Origin: Planctomycetota bacterium | GTDB lineage: Bacteria; Planctomycetota; UBA1135 | Length of the DNA stretch: 31,680 nucleotides | Assembly (NCBI GenBank): GCA_045047305.1 | Contig: JASFYO010000075.1 | Coordinates: 1-31,680 of the forward strand | Direction of reading: 5' to 3' | Part shown: positions 18,481 to 26,815 of the stretch, in pieces | Position numbering within the stretch: the first letter of the stretch is position 1 | Layout of the letters: each line of letters begins with the position of its first letter | Notes under the pieces: generated by a model | Database searches by the model: none | Seen by the model: the letters and a program-made list of their open reading frames with translations, nothing else | Told to the model about the DNA's origin: nothing | Program-made: the position numbers and the translations under genes

Positions 18481-19659
18481 ATGCCAACGAAGAGCCGCCC
18501 CCTCGACCTTTGCCTTGAGCGATTTCGCGCGATAAGCCGTGCGCAGCCGCGCGCGTTTTTTGCGCCCGGGCGAGCCAATCTTTTGGGCGCGCACATGGAT
18601 TACAACGGCGGCTCGGTGATGCCGGTGGCTTTGTCTAAGGGCACTTTTGCAGCGGCTGCGTTACGCAACGATGGCCTGCTTCACCTCGAATCGGCCCAGT
18701 TCCCCGGCGAAATCGTGGAGCTGCCGCTCTCCGAGCTAAAGCCCGGCCGCACCAAAGGGTGGTCCGGTTACGTCGAGGGCGGCCTCTGGACAGCCATGGA
18801 ACGATGGGGGATGTTGCCAGGCCTAGATCTGGTTCTGCATGCCGATTTGCCTATGGCCAAAGGGCTGAGTAGTTCCGCCAGTGTGGAGTGCGTTGCGGTG
18901 TTGACGGTGGCGAAATTGCTTGGAATGGCTCCCGATGCCGATGAAATGATTCATCTCGCGCATGCTGCAGAAACCCGATACGTCGGGGTGCGCTGTGGCA
19001 TCTTGGATCAAACCGCCATCTTTTTGGGCGAACCAGATTCGATTTTGGTGTTCGATTGCTTGGAGCTCACCCGCGAACACGTGCCGCTCGACAGCAAGCA
19101 AGCGATGGTTGCGATTATGGATACCGGCGTCGCGCGTGAACTTGCATCCTCAGCGTTTAATCAAAGGGTCGCGGAATGCACCAGCGCCTTGTCGATCTTC
19201 CAGGAACAACTGCCCGGAGTCACTTGCTTGCGCGATGTCTCGGCGGAAGATTATGCAGAGCATGGCGATCGTTTACCTCCAGCGCTGGCACGGCGTGCAC
19301 AGCATGTGATTGCGGAAGTGCAACGCACGGAGGAGGGGTCCGATGCTTTACGCCGTGGTGATATCGCTACCTTTGGCAGTTGTATGACCCGTGCGCATGC
19401 CTCCTTGCGTGACTTATTTGAAGTGTCCACGCCCGAGCTGGATGTCATGGTCGCAGCAGCAGTCGCCGTCGACGGATGTTATGGCGCACGCCTCACCGGG
19501 GCGGGCTTTGGTGGATGCGCCGTAGCGTTAGTGCATCCAGCGGCGCGCGAAGTCTTTGAGGCTAGCGTGACCAAGCGTTATGCAGAGGCCACCGGACGCA
19601 CTACAGAAGTGCAGTGGTTCTCTCCTGCGGGCGGTCCACAGGAATTACTTCTTAGCTGA
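18481..19659 (+). CDS. galK: Galactokinase-family GHMP sugar kinase (substrate uncertain)
   Basis: APGRANLLGAHMDYNGG, PMAKGLSSSA, CGILDQ, SLRDLFEVSTPELD and GARLTGAGFGGC. Two sugar-contacting positions deviate from GalK (see findings). Confidence 0.85.
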   Translation: MPTKSRPLDLCLERFRAISRAQPRAFFAPGRANLLGAHMDYNGGSVMPVALSKGTFAAAALRNDGLLHLESAQFPGEIVELPLSELKPGRTKGWSGYVEGGLWTAMERWGMLPGLDLVLHADLPMAKGLSSSASVECVAVLTVAKLLGMAPDADEMIHLAHAAETRYVGVRCGILDQTAIFLGEPDSILVFDCLELTREHVPLDSKQAMVAIMDTGVARELASSAFNQRVAECTSALSIFQEQLPGVTCLRDVSAEDYAEHGDRLPPALARRAQHVIAEVQRTEEGSDALRRGDIATFGSCMTRAHASLRDLFEVSTPELDVMVAAAVAVDGCYGARLTGAGFGGCAVALVHPAAREVFEASVTKRYAEATGRTTEVQWFSPAGGPQELLLS

Positions 19660-20769
19660 GACTGGTAGCAAAAAAGAGCGTCGCTGGTTTTCAGTGTCTT
19701 GTGGAATCATTGACCACAGGCCGCCATCAGCCTGGACGCCTAATTCAGCGAGCGCGGAAAGCATATGCTGCTCGGCATCTTGCGCTGAAATGTTTTGCTT
19801 GGTGCTCCACATGAGCCAAGTGCGAGTCTCAATCTGTTGCGCCCCTGGTTGTTGGCCTACGCCGGGAGATAGCACGAAGCGCCGTTCGCCTAGATGCTCC
19901 CACCAAAGCCCAGGGATTCGCGAGGCGGAATCCGGTATTTCTCCAACTCCGTAGGACTGCCAAGCGATTTCAACCAAGTCAAAATCTTCGGTTGTGGGCG
20001 CAGGGATTCCCGTGGCAGGTAGGAGGTCGTGGTCGTCGCGGTTTTCTTTCGGCGGTGAAAATACGGAACTCAGGAGTAAAGAACGGTCGTGGATGGAAAC
20101 ATAATCCTCGACTCTCCGCCCACTTTCACTGGTCCAATCCCAGTGCATCGGCATGAGGAATTGAGTGCGTTGTGATGCTTGCCACTGCTCTAAGGCAACA
20201 TGAAACCCAAGCAAGGAGACGCGCGCTGGAAGGTTCTCTGCATTCACTTCGAGCGTGAGCTTCCCGCTAGGAGTGTCCACCGAAAGCTCCCCGTTGTCTT
20301 CTTTCTGCCATCCCCAAGGAAAGCGAAGCGTGTGCCAGCGCATCAAGGTTTCGATTGCCAAGTCGGTTGGATCGTAGGCGATAAACTCTTTGTGCGGCAA
20401 TTTGAGCCAGCTTTGCTCTCGGTTGGTGAGCAAAAAGACATTGGGTAAAGCGCCTTCTGCGCCCATCGAAAAACGCATGCGGTCAGCACCACCAATCCAC
20501 AGTTCACCTTGCTGTGGGATTTCCCGATCGTCGATGAAAAAAGCTAAATCGCCGACCAGGCGGTACTGTTTAGCCGGTGTACGCGGTTCTTGCACCGGCA
20601 TGCCGCGGGCTTTTGCGTAAGCTGCTAAGGGAGACGGCGTAATCACTTCCGTGAGCAAATCCTCTGCCGTAGAAAGTGGTTCTGTTGTCGCTTTGGATCC
20701 GGGTGCGTCGTCGCTACAACTCAGAATGAACCCAGCGATGCCGGCCGTAAGCCAGAAATGAGTTTTCAT
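19645..20769 (-). CDS. Hypothetical lipoprotein
   Basis: MKTHFWLTAGIAGFILSC lipobox from ATG 20769, which overlaps the aminotransferase stop (ATGA). Confidence 0.72.
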   Translation of the reverse strand: MKTHFWLTAGIAGFILSCSDDAPGSKATTEPLSTAEDLLTEVITPSPLAAYAKARGMPVQEPRTPAKQYRLVGDLAFFIDDREIPQQGELWIGGADRMRFSMGAEGALPNVFLLTNREQSWLKLPHKEFIAYDPTDLAIETLMRWHTLRFPWGWQKEDNGELSVDTPSGKLTLEVNAENLPARVSLLGFHVALEQWQASQRTQFLMPMHWDWTSESGRRVEDYVSIHDRSLLLSSVFSPPKENRDDHDLLPATGIPAPTTEDFDLVEIAWQSYGVGEIPDSASRIPGLWWEHLGERRFVLSPGVGQQPGAQQIETRTWLMWSTKQNISAQDAEQHMLSALAELGVQADGGLWSMIPQDTENQRRSFLLPVSAKK

Positions 20770-21938
20770 GCATTTGCCCATCTTAGTAATCTAGAATTCG
20801 CAGCTTCTAGCGTTTCGATTTTTTTCGCATAGCAGAAGCGTACGCGGTGATTGCCATCGGCGGGATCGCGGTAGAAGGAGGACCCTGGGACCGTGGCTAC
20901 GCCGGCGTCGGTGACTAAGCGCATAGCGAAATCGACATCGCTTTCACCGCGGCGCTGGTGATCCCGAATGTCCACCATGGCGTAGTATGCGCCTTCTGGG
21001 ATGTCGCAGGGGAAACCGGCAGCGCGTAGACCTTCGACCATCACCCCCCGACGCGCGCGGTATTCTTCGCGCATTTTTAGGTAGTAATCATCTTCCCATA
21101 GCAACGCTTCAGCGACGGCCTCTTGCAATGGGGCAGGAGCTCCAACAGTGAGGAAGTCGTGCACTTTGCGAATGCCACCAGTCATGTTTGGAGGCGAGAT
21201 AATCCAGCCCACGCGCCAGCCGGTCACGCTGAAGGTTTTGGATGCCCCAGAAATGACAATCGTGCGTTCCGCCATGCCCGGTTCCAAGAGGGGGCAGTGG
21301 TGGTCTCCGGTGTACAAAATCTCTTCATAGATTTCGTCGGTGAAAAGAATCAGATCGCGTTCGATCACGAACTCACACAAAGCCTTCAATTCCGTGCGGC
21401 TGAAAACCCGGCCGGTGGGGTTGTGTGGAGTGTTCAAAACCACGGCCTTTGTTTTCGGGCCGGATGCTTTACGCATCGCGTCGATGTCCAGAGTGAAGCC
21501 GTCACCCATGGGCACAAACAAGGGGACGGCGCCGGCGAGGATTGCGTCCGGGCCGTAGTTCTCATAGAAGGGTTCGGGGACGAGAAATTCATCACCGGGA
21601 TTCAGCACTCCCATCATCGCGGCAATCATGGCCTCGGTGGCTCCGCAGCAAACCGTAACCTGCGCATCGGGATCGATTGTGACTCCGCGGCGCTTTTGCA
21701 TGTACTTTCCAATCGAAGCCCGCAAGCGATTGCTGCCCCAAGTGACAGCGTACTGATTGAGGTCGTCGCGAATCCATTTCACCGCAGCCTCTTTGAGTGC
21801 ATCCGGTGCAGGAAAGTCAGGGAAGCCTTGAGCAAGATTAATTGCATCGTGCTCCCGCGCAATCCGCGTCATTTCACGGATGACGGACTCGGAGAAGCGG
21901 CTGGCTTTTTTAGATTCGCGGAGGTCGGTGGTGCTCAT
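20766..21938 (-). CDS. PLP-dependent aminotransferase class I/II (YbdL/kynurenine aminotransferase-like)
   Basis: AINLAQGFPDF, NQY, GATEA, NTPHNPTG, DEIY, SKTFSVTGWRVG (PLP lysine) and VRFCYAK. Confidence 0.93.
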   Translation of the reverse strand: MSTTDLRESKKASRFSESVIREMTRIAREHDAINLAQGFPDFPAPDALKEAAVKWIRDDLNQYAVTWGSNRLRASIGKYMQKRRGVTIDPDAQVTVCCGATEAMIAAMMGVLNPGDEFLVPEPFYENYGPDAILAGAVPLFVPMGDGFTLDIDAMRKASGPKTKAVVLNTPHNPTGRVFSRTELKALCEFVIERDLILFTDEIYEEILYTGDHHCPLLEPGMAERTIVISGASKTFSVTGWRVGWIISPPNMTGGIRKVHDFLTVGAPAPLQEAVAEALLWEDDYYLKMREEYRARRGVMVEGLRAAGFPCDIPEGAYYAMVDIRDHQRRGESDVDFAMRLVTDAGVATVPGSSFYRDPADGNHRVRFCYAKKIETLEAANSRLLRWANA

Positions 21939-21957
21939 GACGCAATTATTGCGTCAT
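21937..21957. promoter_or_regulatory. Perfect 10-1-10 palindrome at the HEAT gene / aminotransferase junction
   Basis: ATGACGCAAT-T-ATTGCGTCAT. The sequence is certain; its function is inferred. Confidence 0.55.
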
Positions 21958-22953
21958 CAAGGTCCGCCAGCTATCAGGATCTGGACCAAGATCGCGGCCA
22001 TGGATGCGCACCAAGGCTGCACGTGCCGCTCCAGCGGTGAGCTCGCTCGGGTCGCGCAGAGCATTTGCCAGAGGGCGCGTAGATGCGGTGGATCCGATTT
22101 GGCCTAAGCCATAAGCAGCGGCCGTGCGGACGTCGGGAGCCATGTCGCCTGCCAACAAATCGGTGAGTTGCGGTAACGCGAGGTTGGAGCGGATAAGACC
22201 AAGAGCTAAGGCTGCCTGCGCGCGCACGCTTGGATCTGGAGAGTGAATCAAACTCAGTAAGGCTGACCCCATGGTGCCATTGGTGTCGGCACCAGTCTTG
22301 ATCGCAATTTGGAAGATGGCGAAGGCGGCATTGCTCAGCACTTCGTTGCTTGCATTTGGTGCGATGACGGCTGCATGAATCGGTGCCATCGAAGTGTAGG
22401 GGTCAGCCAAAACGCCTAAGCCCAGTAGCGCTTTTGCGATGACCTCTGGGTCGCCGCTGCTTACGCCGTTCAGCAACAGAGGTGTGACCCGGTTATCTCC
22501 GGAGAAGCCCAATGCAGCGCATGCGATACCGCGGTTACGGGTCGCTCCGCTTACGGCTTGGCTTTCTAGCAAGGAGCGGTTTTTCGCCACCAAAACGCCA
22601 AGAGATTGAGTGGTGTATTGCACCAACTCCTGATTCTTTGGGCTACGAACTTGCGCCATGGCGTCGGCCCAAGCACGTAAGTGGCGGTCACATTCCACAA
22701 TCAAGCGCCCAATGTTTGCCGACTCTTTCGAGCGCTCGGAGAACTCAGGGCGCTCATCGAGGTCGCGTTTGCCGCGGTCATCGATTGCGGTATTGCCGGT
22801 GCTGGAAACCACAGGGCCCTGCCCACTCTGGACGTCGGCCTGCAACTGTTCCAACCCTGGAAGGGCAGGACCATCTTGTGTGGGAGCCGAACCGCAAGCA
22901 GTAAAGAGTGCGAGCGGAAGGGGAAGGAGATAACTTGCTAGGCGGGGACGCAT
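21946..22953 (-). CDS. HEAT-repeat lipoprotein
   Basis: Lipobox MRPRLASYLLPLPLALFTAC from ATG 22953. Repeats DPEVIAKALLGLG, DPSVRAQAALALG and APDVRTAAAYGLG. Confidence 0.8.
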   Translation of the reverse strand: MRPRLASYLLPLPLALFTACGSAPTQDGPALPGLEQLQADVQSGQGPVVSSTGNTAIDDRGKRDLDERPEFSERSKESANIGRLIVECDRHLRAWADAMAQVRSPKNQELVQYTTQSLGVLVAKNRSLLESQAVSGATRNRGIACAALGFSGDNRVTPLLLNGVSSGDPEVIAKALLGLGVLADPYTSMAPIHAAVIAPNASNEVLSNAAFAIFQIAIKTGADTNGTMGSALLSLIHSPDPSVRAQAALALGLIRSNLALPQLTDLLAGDMAPDVRTAAAYGLGQIGSTASTRPLANALRDPSELTAGAARAALVRIHGRDLGPDPDSWRTLMTQ

Positions 22954-23005
22954 GGCTGAGACGTACAATATAGACCCCGGACCCCCGGGACATCTTCCCG
23001 TACTC

Positions 23006-24034
23006 ATGGAACTTCTTTCATCAATGGCCCAAGGCGGGCATGATCGTGTCATCGCGGTCTCCCACGAGGCCTCTGGACTTCGCGCTTTTATTGCTCTACA
23101 CCATCTAGGGCGCGGCCCAGCTTATGGAGGCATTCGGGTTTGGAATTACCGCACCGAGGCCGACGCCCTGGGTGATACTCTGCGCCTGTCCCGCTCGATG
23201 ACCTTTAAATGTGTGCTTGCTGGGGTCCGAGGTGGCGGCGGCAAGACCGTGGTGATCGCAAACCACCTTGTCGACCGGCCGGCGGCTATGGAAGCGCTTG
23301 GCCGAGAAATCGAAGCGCTTGGTGGTGTTTACCAAACCGGACCTGATGCTGGCTTCACCCACGACGACCGCGAAGCCCTTGCTCGTGGCACATCCCACCT
23401 GGCGCATTTTCATGGTGACGGACCAATGCGTTCGGCTGGCGAAGCAACCGCCGAAGGCGCCGAGTGGGGGATTCGTGCCGCACTGGATCATCTCGAGATA
23501 AGCGATTACTCCGGGCTCACTATTGCGGTGCAAGGTTTAGGCTCCGTGGGCAGCGCTCTCGCGAGACGGTTTCTCGCCCTTGGGTGCAAAGTGATTGGTG
23601 CCGACATCTCGGAAGAGGCATGCCATGCAGCTCAGGCGGATGGCGTAGAAATCCTCTCACCGAGTCAATTTTTCGAGACTCCCTGCGACGTCCTCGCTCC
23701 ATGCGCATTAGGCGGAACCGTGCACGACCTTTCGATTTCACGCATGCGCACTTCGGTGGTTGCAGGCGTTGCGAATAATGTGCTTGGGCATCCGCAGCAA
23801 GCGGAGTTGTTGCGCGAGCGCGGCATTTTGTATCTACCAGATTTCGTGTTGAATGCTGGCGCCTTAATCGAGGGCGCGGGCTATGCGCAAACCGAGCGCT
23901 CTGACTGGACTCCGGAGTTGCGCGGCATTGGAACCACCATCGCAGAAATCCTGAATCGCTCGGAAGCGGAAGATGCTTCCACCATGGCGGTTGCTGTGGA
24001 AATGGCTAAGCAACGCGTGGAGCGCGATGGATAA
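23006..24034 (+). CDS. Glu/Leu/Phe/Val dehydrogenase family protein (leucine dehydrogenase-like)
   Basis: GPAYGGIR, SMTFK, GGGGK (catalytic Lys), QGLGSVG Rossmann motif, DVLAPCALGG, GVANN and PDFVLNAG. Start reassigned to ATG 23006 to avoid overlap with the HEAT gene. Confidence 0.9.
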   Translation: MELLSSMAQGGHDRVIAVSHEASGLRAFIALHHLGRGPAYGGIRVWNYRTEADALGDTLRLSRSMTFKCVLAGVRGGGGKTVVIANHLVDRPAAMEALGREIEALGGVYQTGPDAGFTHDDREALARGTSHLAHFHGDGPMRSAGEATAEGAEWGIRAALDHLEISDYSGLTIAVQGLGSVGSALARRFLALGCKVIGADISEEACHAAQADGVEILSPSQFFETPCDVLAPCALGGTVHDLSISRMRTSVVAGVANNVLGHPQQAELLRERGILYLPDFVLNAGALIEGAGYAQTERSDWTPELRGIGTTIAEILNRSEAEDASTMAVAVEMAKQRVERDG

Positions 24035-24812
24035 AGAAGATTTGCAGTCTTGGATTGATCAGATGACTGAGCAGCATGGCTTTCGCCTAGATGCCATCTT
24101 CCCTGCGGATGCTCCCCGCACTGCTGAAATGAGTGCAGATGGAGTTCGTTTGCGTTTGGAAATCGATGCTCCTGCAATCGAAACGGCGCATGGCGATTGG
24201 GTTGCCGGGCGTGCTGGCATGGAATACCGCGATCTACTTCCATCGCGGCTTGGCGGCGCCGTGATTGCGTCGCACATCCGCATTCGCGATGGAGGACTGG
24301 TGCCGGACTACGTGCATTACCACGAGGTTGGGTTTCAGATAATCTACTGCAAGTCCGGTTGGGTAAAGGTGGTGTATGAAGATCAAGGCGAACCTTTTGT
24401 CTTGCAGGCCGGAGATTGTGTCCTGCAACCGCCAAAGATTCGTCATCGTGTTCTGGAGTGTTCCGATGGCCTTGAGGTCTTCGAAGTCGGTTGCCCAGCT
24501 GAGCATCGAACCTTAGTGGAGCATGAGTTGGAGTTACCCAATGCCGCGACCAACCCTGGCCGACTTTTTGCTAATCAGCGCTTCGTGCGCCACCAAGTTG
24601 CGCAGGCCATTTGGGAGCCTTGGAGCGTAGAAGGATTCGAGTCCCGCGACTTAGGCATTGCCGATGCGACCCAAGGCCTTGCGGATGCACGGGTGGTACG
24701 TCCGATGAACTCTTCTCGGGTCACGCTGTTGCCGCATCAGGCAATCAAGCATGCTCTAAGCTTTGACTTAGAGAATGGCGCATGGCTAGTGGTTCAGATC
24801 CCCATGCCGTAA
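24027..24812 (+). CDS. Cupin domain protein
   Basis: HYHEVGFQIIYCKSGW and GDCVLQPPKIRHRV metal-binding cupin motifs. ATG 24027 overlaps the end of the dehydrogenase. Confidence 0.85.
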   Translation: MDKEDLQSWIDQMTEQHGFRLDAIFPADAPRTAEMSADGVRLRLEIDAPAIETAHGDWVAGRAGMEYRDLLPSRLGGAVIASHIRIRDGGLVPDYVHYHEVGFQIIYCKSGWVKVVYEDQGEPFVLQAGDCVLQPPKIRHRVLECSDGLEVFEVGCPAEHRTLVEHELELPNAATNPGRLFANQRFVRHQVAQAIWEPWSVEGFESRDLGIADATQGLADARVVRPMNSSRVTLLPHQAIKHALSFDLENGAWLVVQIPMP

Positions 24813-24829
24813 GCGGGCATCTTCTTGCC

Positions 24830-26503
24830 TTATGGCAAGATCTCTAATGGCACCGCGACGGAACTAAAGCTTGGCCGTTGTCCTGCTTCATTTGCCACCG
24901 CAGCCAGGTAAAGCGTAGTTCCAATCAAGGAGCTTAACGCGCCAGCGGGAAGGGTTACGCTGCCACTGGCTCTGCCCGGAAAGGTTAGTACGCCGCTAAA
25001 TCCTTGGGTGAAACCGGTCGGGTAGTTCCCGTTTGCGGTTTGCAGGACCAAGTTGTCCAAGCTTAAGGGGATGTCGATTCCGAACCGGAATTGCCCAGGC
25101 CCGGAAGCAGAAATTAGTATGCGATATTCAAACAAACCGGCTTCGGCAGAGAAGTCTAGGTCATAAGTAATGATCCCACCAGAAGCAGCGGAGATTGTGT
25201 TGACGGAGGGGCTTAGGAACGGGTTGAACCCGTAAACAAACGTGGTGCCAGAATCTTGCAATGGTTGAGTAGCTTCTGGGTCACCGATTATGATGTCGGA
25301 GTAGCCGTCACCGGAAAGATCACCCACGAGGTCGAGCGAGAATTTTCTAAGCGTGCTGCCTTCTTCAGTAAACGCGATTTCTGAAATCAAGGCGCCGGTC
25401 GCTCCGGAGTAAATGTAAACCGACCCAGCTAGGTTGAGACCGTTGTGGTCCACTCCCTGCGCAGCTCCCATAAAATCGGCAACGCCATCGTGGTCAAAGT
25501 CCCCGGCAGAGGAGACCGACCCGCCAAGTTTGTCATTGGAATTTAGACCATCCACGCGATACAGGATGCTTCCATCGATTCCGGAATAAACGAATAGGCT
25601 ACCGTTGTCGACAAGGCCTTGGGTGTCGGAGAGGCTAGCCCCAACCGCGACATCGTCGAATCCATCGTTGTTGATATCGCCGAGTCCTGCAACCGAAATG
25701 CCGTGGTAATCATTTCCGCCACCTTGGAGGGTGTAAAGTAGACTTCCATTGGCGCCTGAAAAAATCATGGCGGTATCAATCAGAGTTCCGCTAATGGCAC
25801 CGACGATGATGTCATCGAATCCATCGTTATTGACATCGCCAGCGCCGGTAGCTTCTCGGCCGAGACCTTGATAAAGCAAAGTGCCATCGAACTGATAGAG
25901 CAGAGCGCCGGTCGCTCCCGAGTAGACCTTTGCAGAGCCGGCATTGGCCATGCCGCCCGCTTCGATATGTGGGAGCCCGACTACGAAATCAGGCACACCG
26001 TCTTGGTCGACGTCGCCCGCGGCCGAAACGTGAGAGCCAAATAAATCTAAGGTGGCGGAACCGTTTTTGCGGAAGAGTTCGTTGCCATTAGCACCAGAAT
26101 AAACGTATACAGTCCCCACGCTATTCATTCCATTGACTCTAGTGCCTGGTGCTCCAACTAAGAAGTCGTCGACGCCGTCGTTGTTCACATCTCCGAGTTG
26201 CGAAACCGAGGACCCAAAGTTGTGAAAAATCCCTGTCCCTTCTAGGGTGTAGAGTAGAGCGCCGTTGCGGCCGGAGCGCACATAAACCCGACCCGAGGCG
26301 ATGATGCCATTTGCATCGGCGAATGGGGCTCCAGTGAGGAAGTCTTGAACGCCGTCTCCATCGAGATCGCCAGCTCGAGAAACGGCGGCACCTAAGCTAT
26401 CAAAGGAATGCTCACCCTGAAAGCGTAAGTCCTCCTGGAAGGCCCCCCCGGCTTGTGCGCAAAGTGGGGCGGAGAGAAGAAGGATGGCGAATGGGAGTAA
26501 CAT
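24830..26503 (-). CDS. Secreted FG-GAP (integrin alpha-like) beta-propeller protein with extra C-terminal domain
   Basis: Signal peptide MLLPFAILLLSAPLCA from ATG 26503, then seven repeats of FG...GDxxxDGxxD...GAP...VYVYSG type. Confidence 0.9.
   Translation of the reverse strand: MLLPFAILLLSAPLCAQAGGAFQEDLRFQGEHSFDSLGAAVSRAGDLDGDGVQDFLTGAPFADANGIIASGRVYVRSGRNGALLYTLEGTGIFHNFGSSVSQLGDVNNDGVDDFLVGAPGTRVNGMNSVGTVYVYSGANGNELFRKNGSATLDLFGSHVSAAGDVDQDGVPDFVVGLPHIEAGGMANAGSAKVYSGATGALLYQFDGTLLYQGLGREATGAGDVNNDGFDDIIVGAISGTLIDTAMIFSGANGSLLYTLQGGGNDYHGISVAGLGDINNDGFDDVAVGASLSDTQGLVDNGSLFVYSGIDGSILYRVDGLNSNDKLGGSVSSAGDFDHDGVADFMGAAQGVDHNGLNLAGSVYIYSGATGALISEIAFTEEGSTLRKFSLDLVGDLSGDGYSDIIIGDPEATQPLQDSGTTFVYGFNPFLSPSVNTISAASGGIITYDLDFSAEAGLFEYRILISASGPGQFRFGIDIPLSLDNLVLQTANGNYPTGFTQGFSGVLTFPGRASGSVTLPAGALSSLIGTTLYLAAVANEAGQRPSFSSVAVPLEILP
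25230..26410 (-). repeat. Seven protein-level FG-GAP repeats
   Basis: GDLDGDGVQD, GDVNNDGVDD, GDVDQDGVPD, GDVNNDGFDD, GDINNDGFDD, GDFDHDGVAD, GDLSGDGYSD. Boundaries are approximate. Confidence 0.9.
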
Positions 26504-26815
26504 AGACAGGAATGATGGGGCGCGGGGGCGCACCCACCATATTAGCCCAAATATTTTATCTGCCAAGCTGCTTTGAAAGGCCTCGCCCTTTGCGATACCG
26601 CTTCTAAGGAGTATCGCGCACCTAATCCAGCAAAGTCCTATCTGCCTTTATGCACGAATGGAAGTGAGTGGTGAGCTTGGAGTTTCCATTTTGTTTCTGA
26701 GGCACCGCAGTGGCCCAACATGAACAATATTTCATTTTGCGGACAGGCACTGGAAAGGATGAAAAACGTATAAAAGAGAATCAGTGGTCAACGGTTGGCC
26801 GCGCGAAGCATTCTC

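Noticed and set aside
21123..22040. 305-aa plus-strand ORF
   Set aside because: Antisense shadow of the well-supported aminotransferase, with no recognisable motifs.
22952..23052. Apparent head-to-head overlap of the HEAT and dehydrogenase ORFs
   Set aside because: Artifact of longest-ORF starts. ATG 22953 (lipoprotein signal) and ATG 23006 resolve it. The same applies at 18478-18487 and 8917-8957.
26700..26715. Sigma54-like GGCAC...GC with GG-N10-GC spacing
   Set aside because: It lacks the leading T and the TTGC of the consensus, so it is too weak to call.
26720..26773. 17-codon ORF MNNISFCGQALERMKNV upstream of moxR
   Set aside because: No SD site, no regulatory codon run and no attenuator structure.
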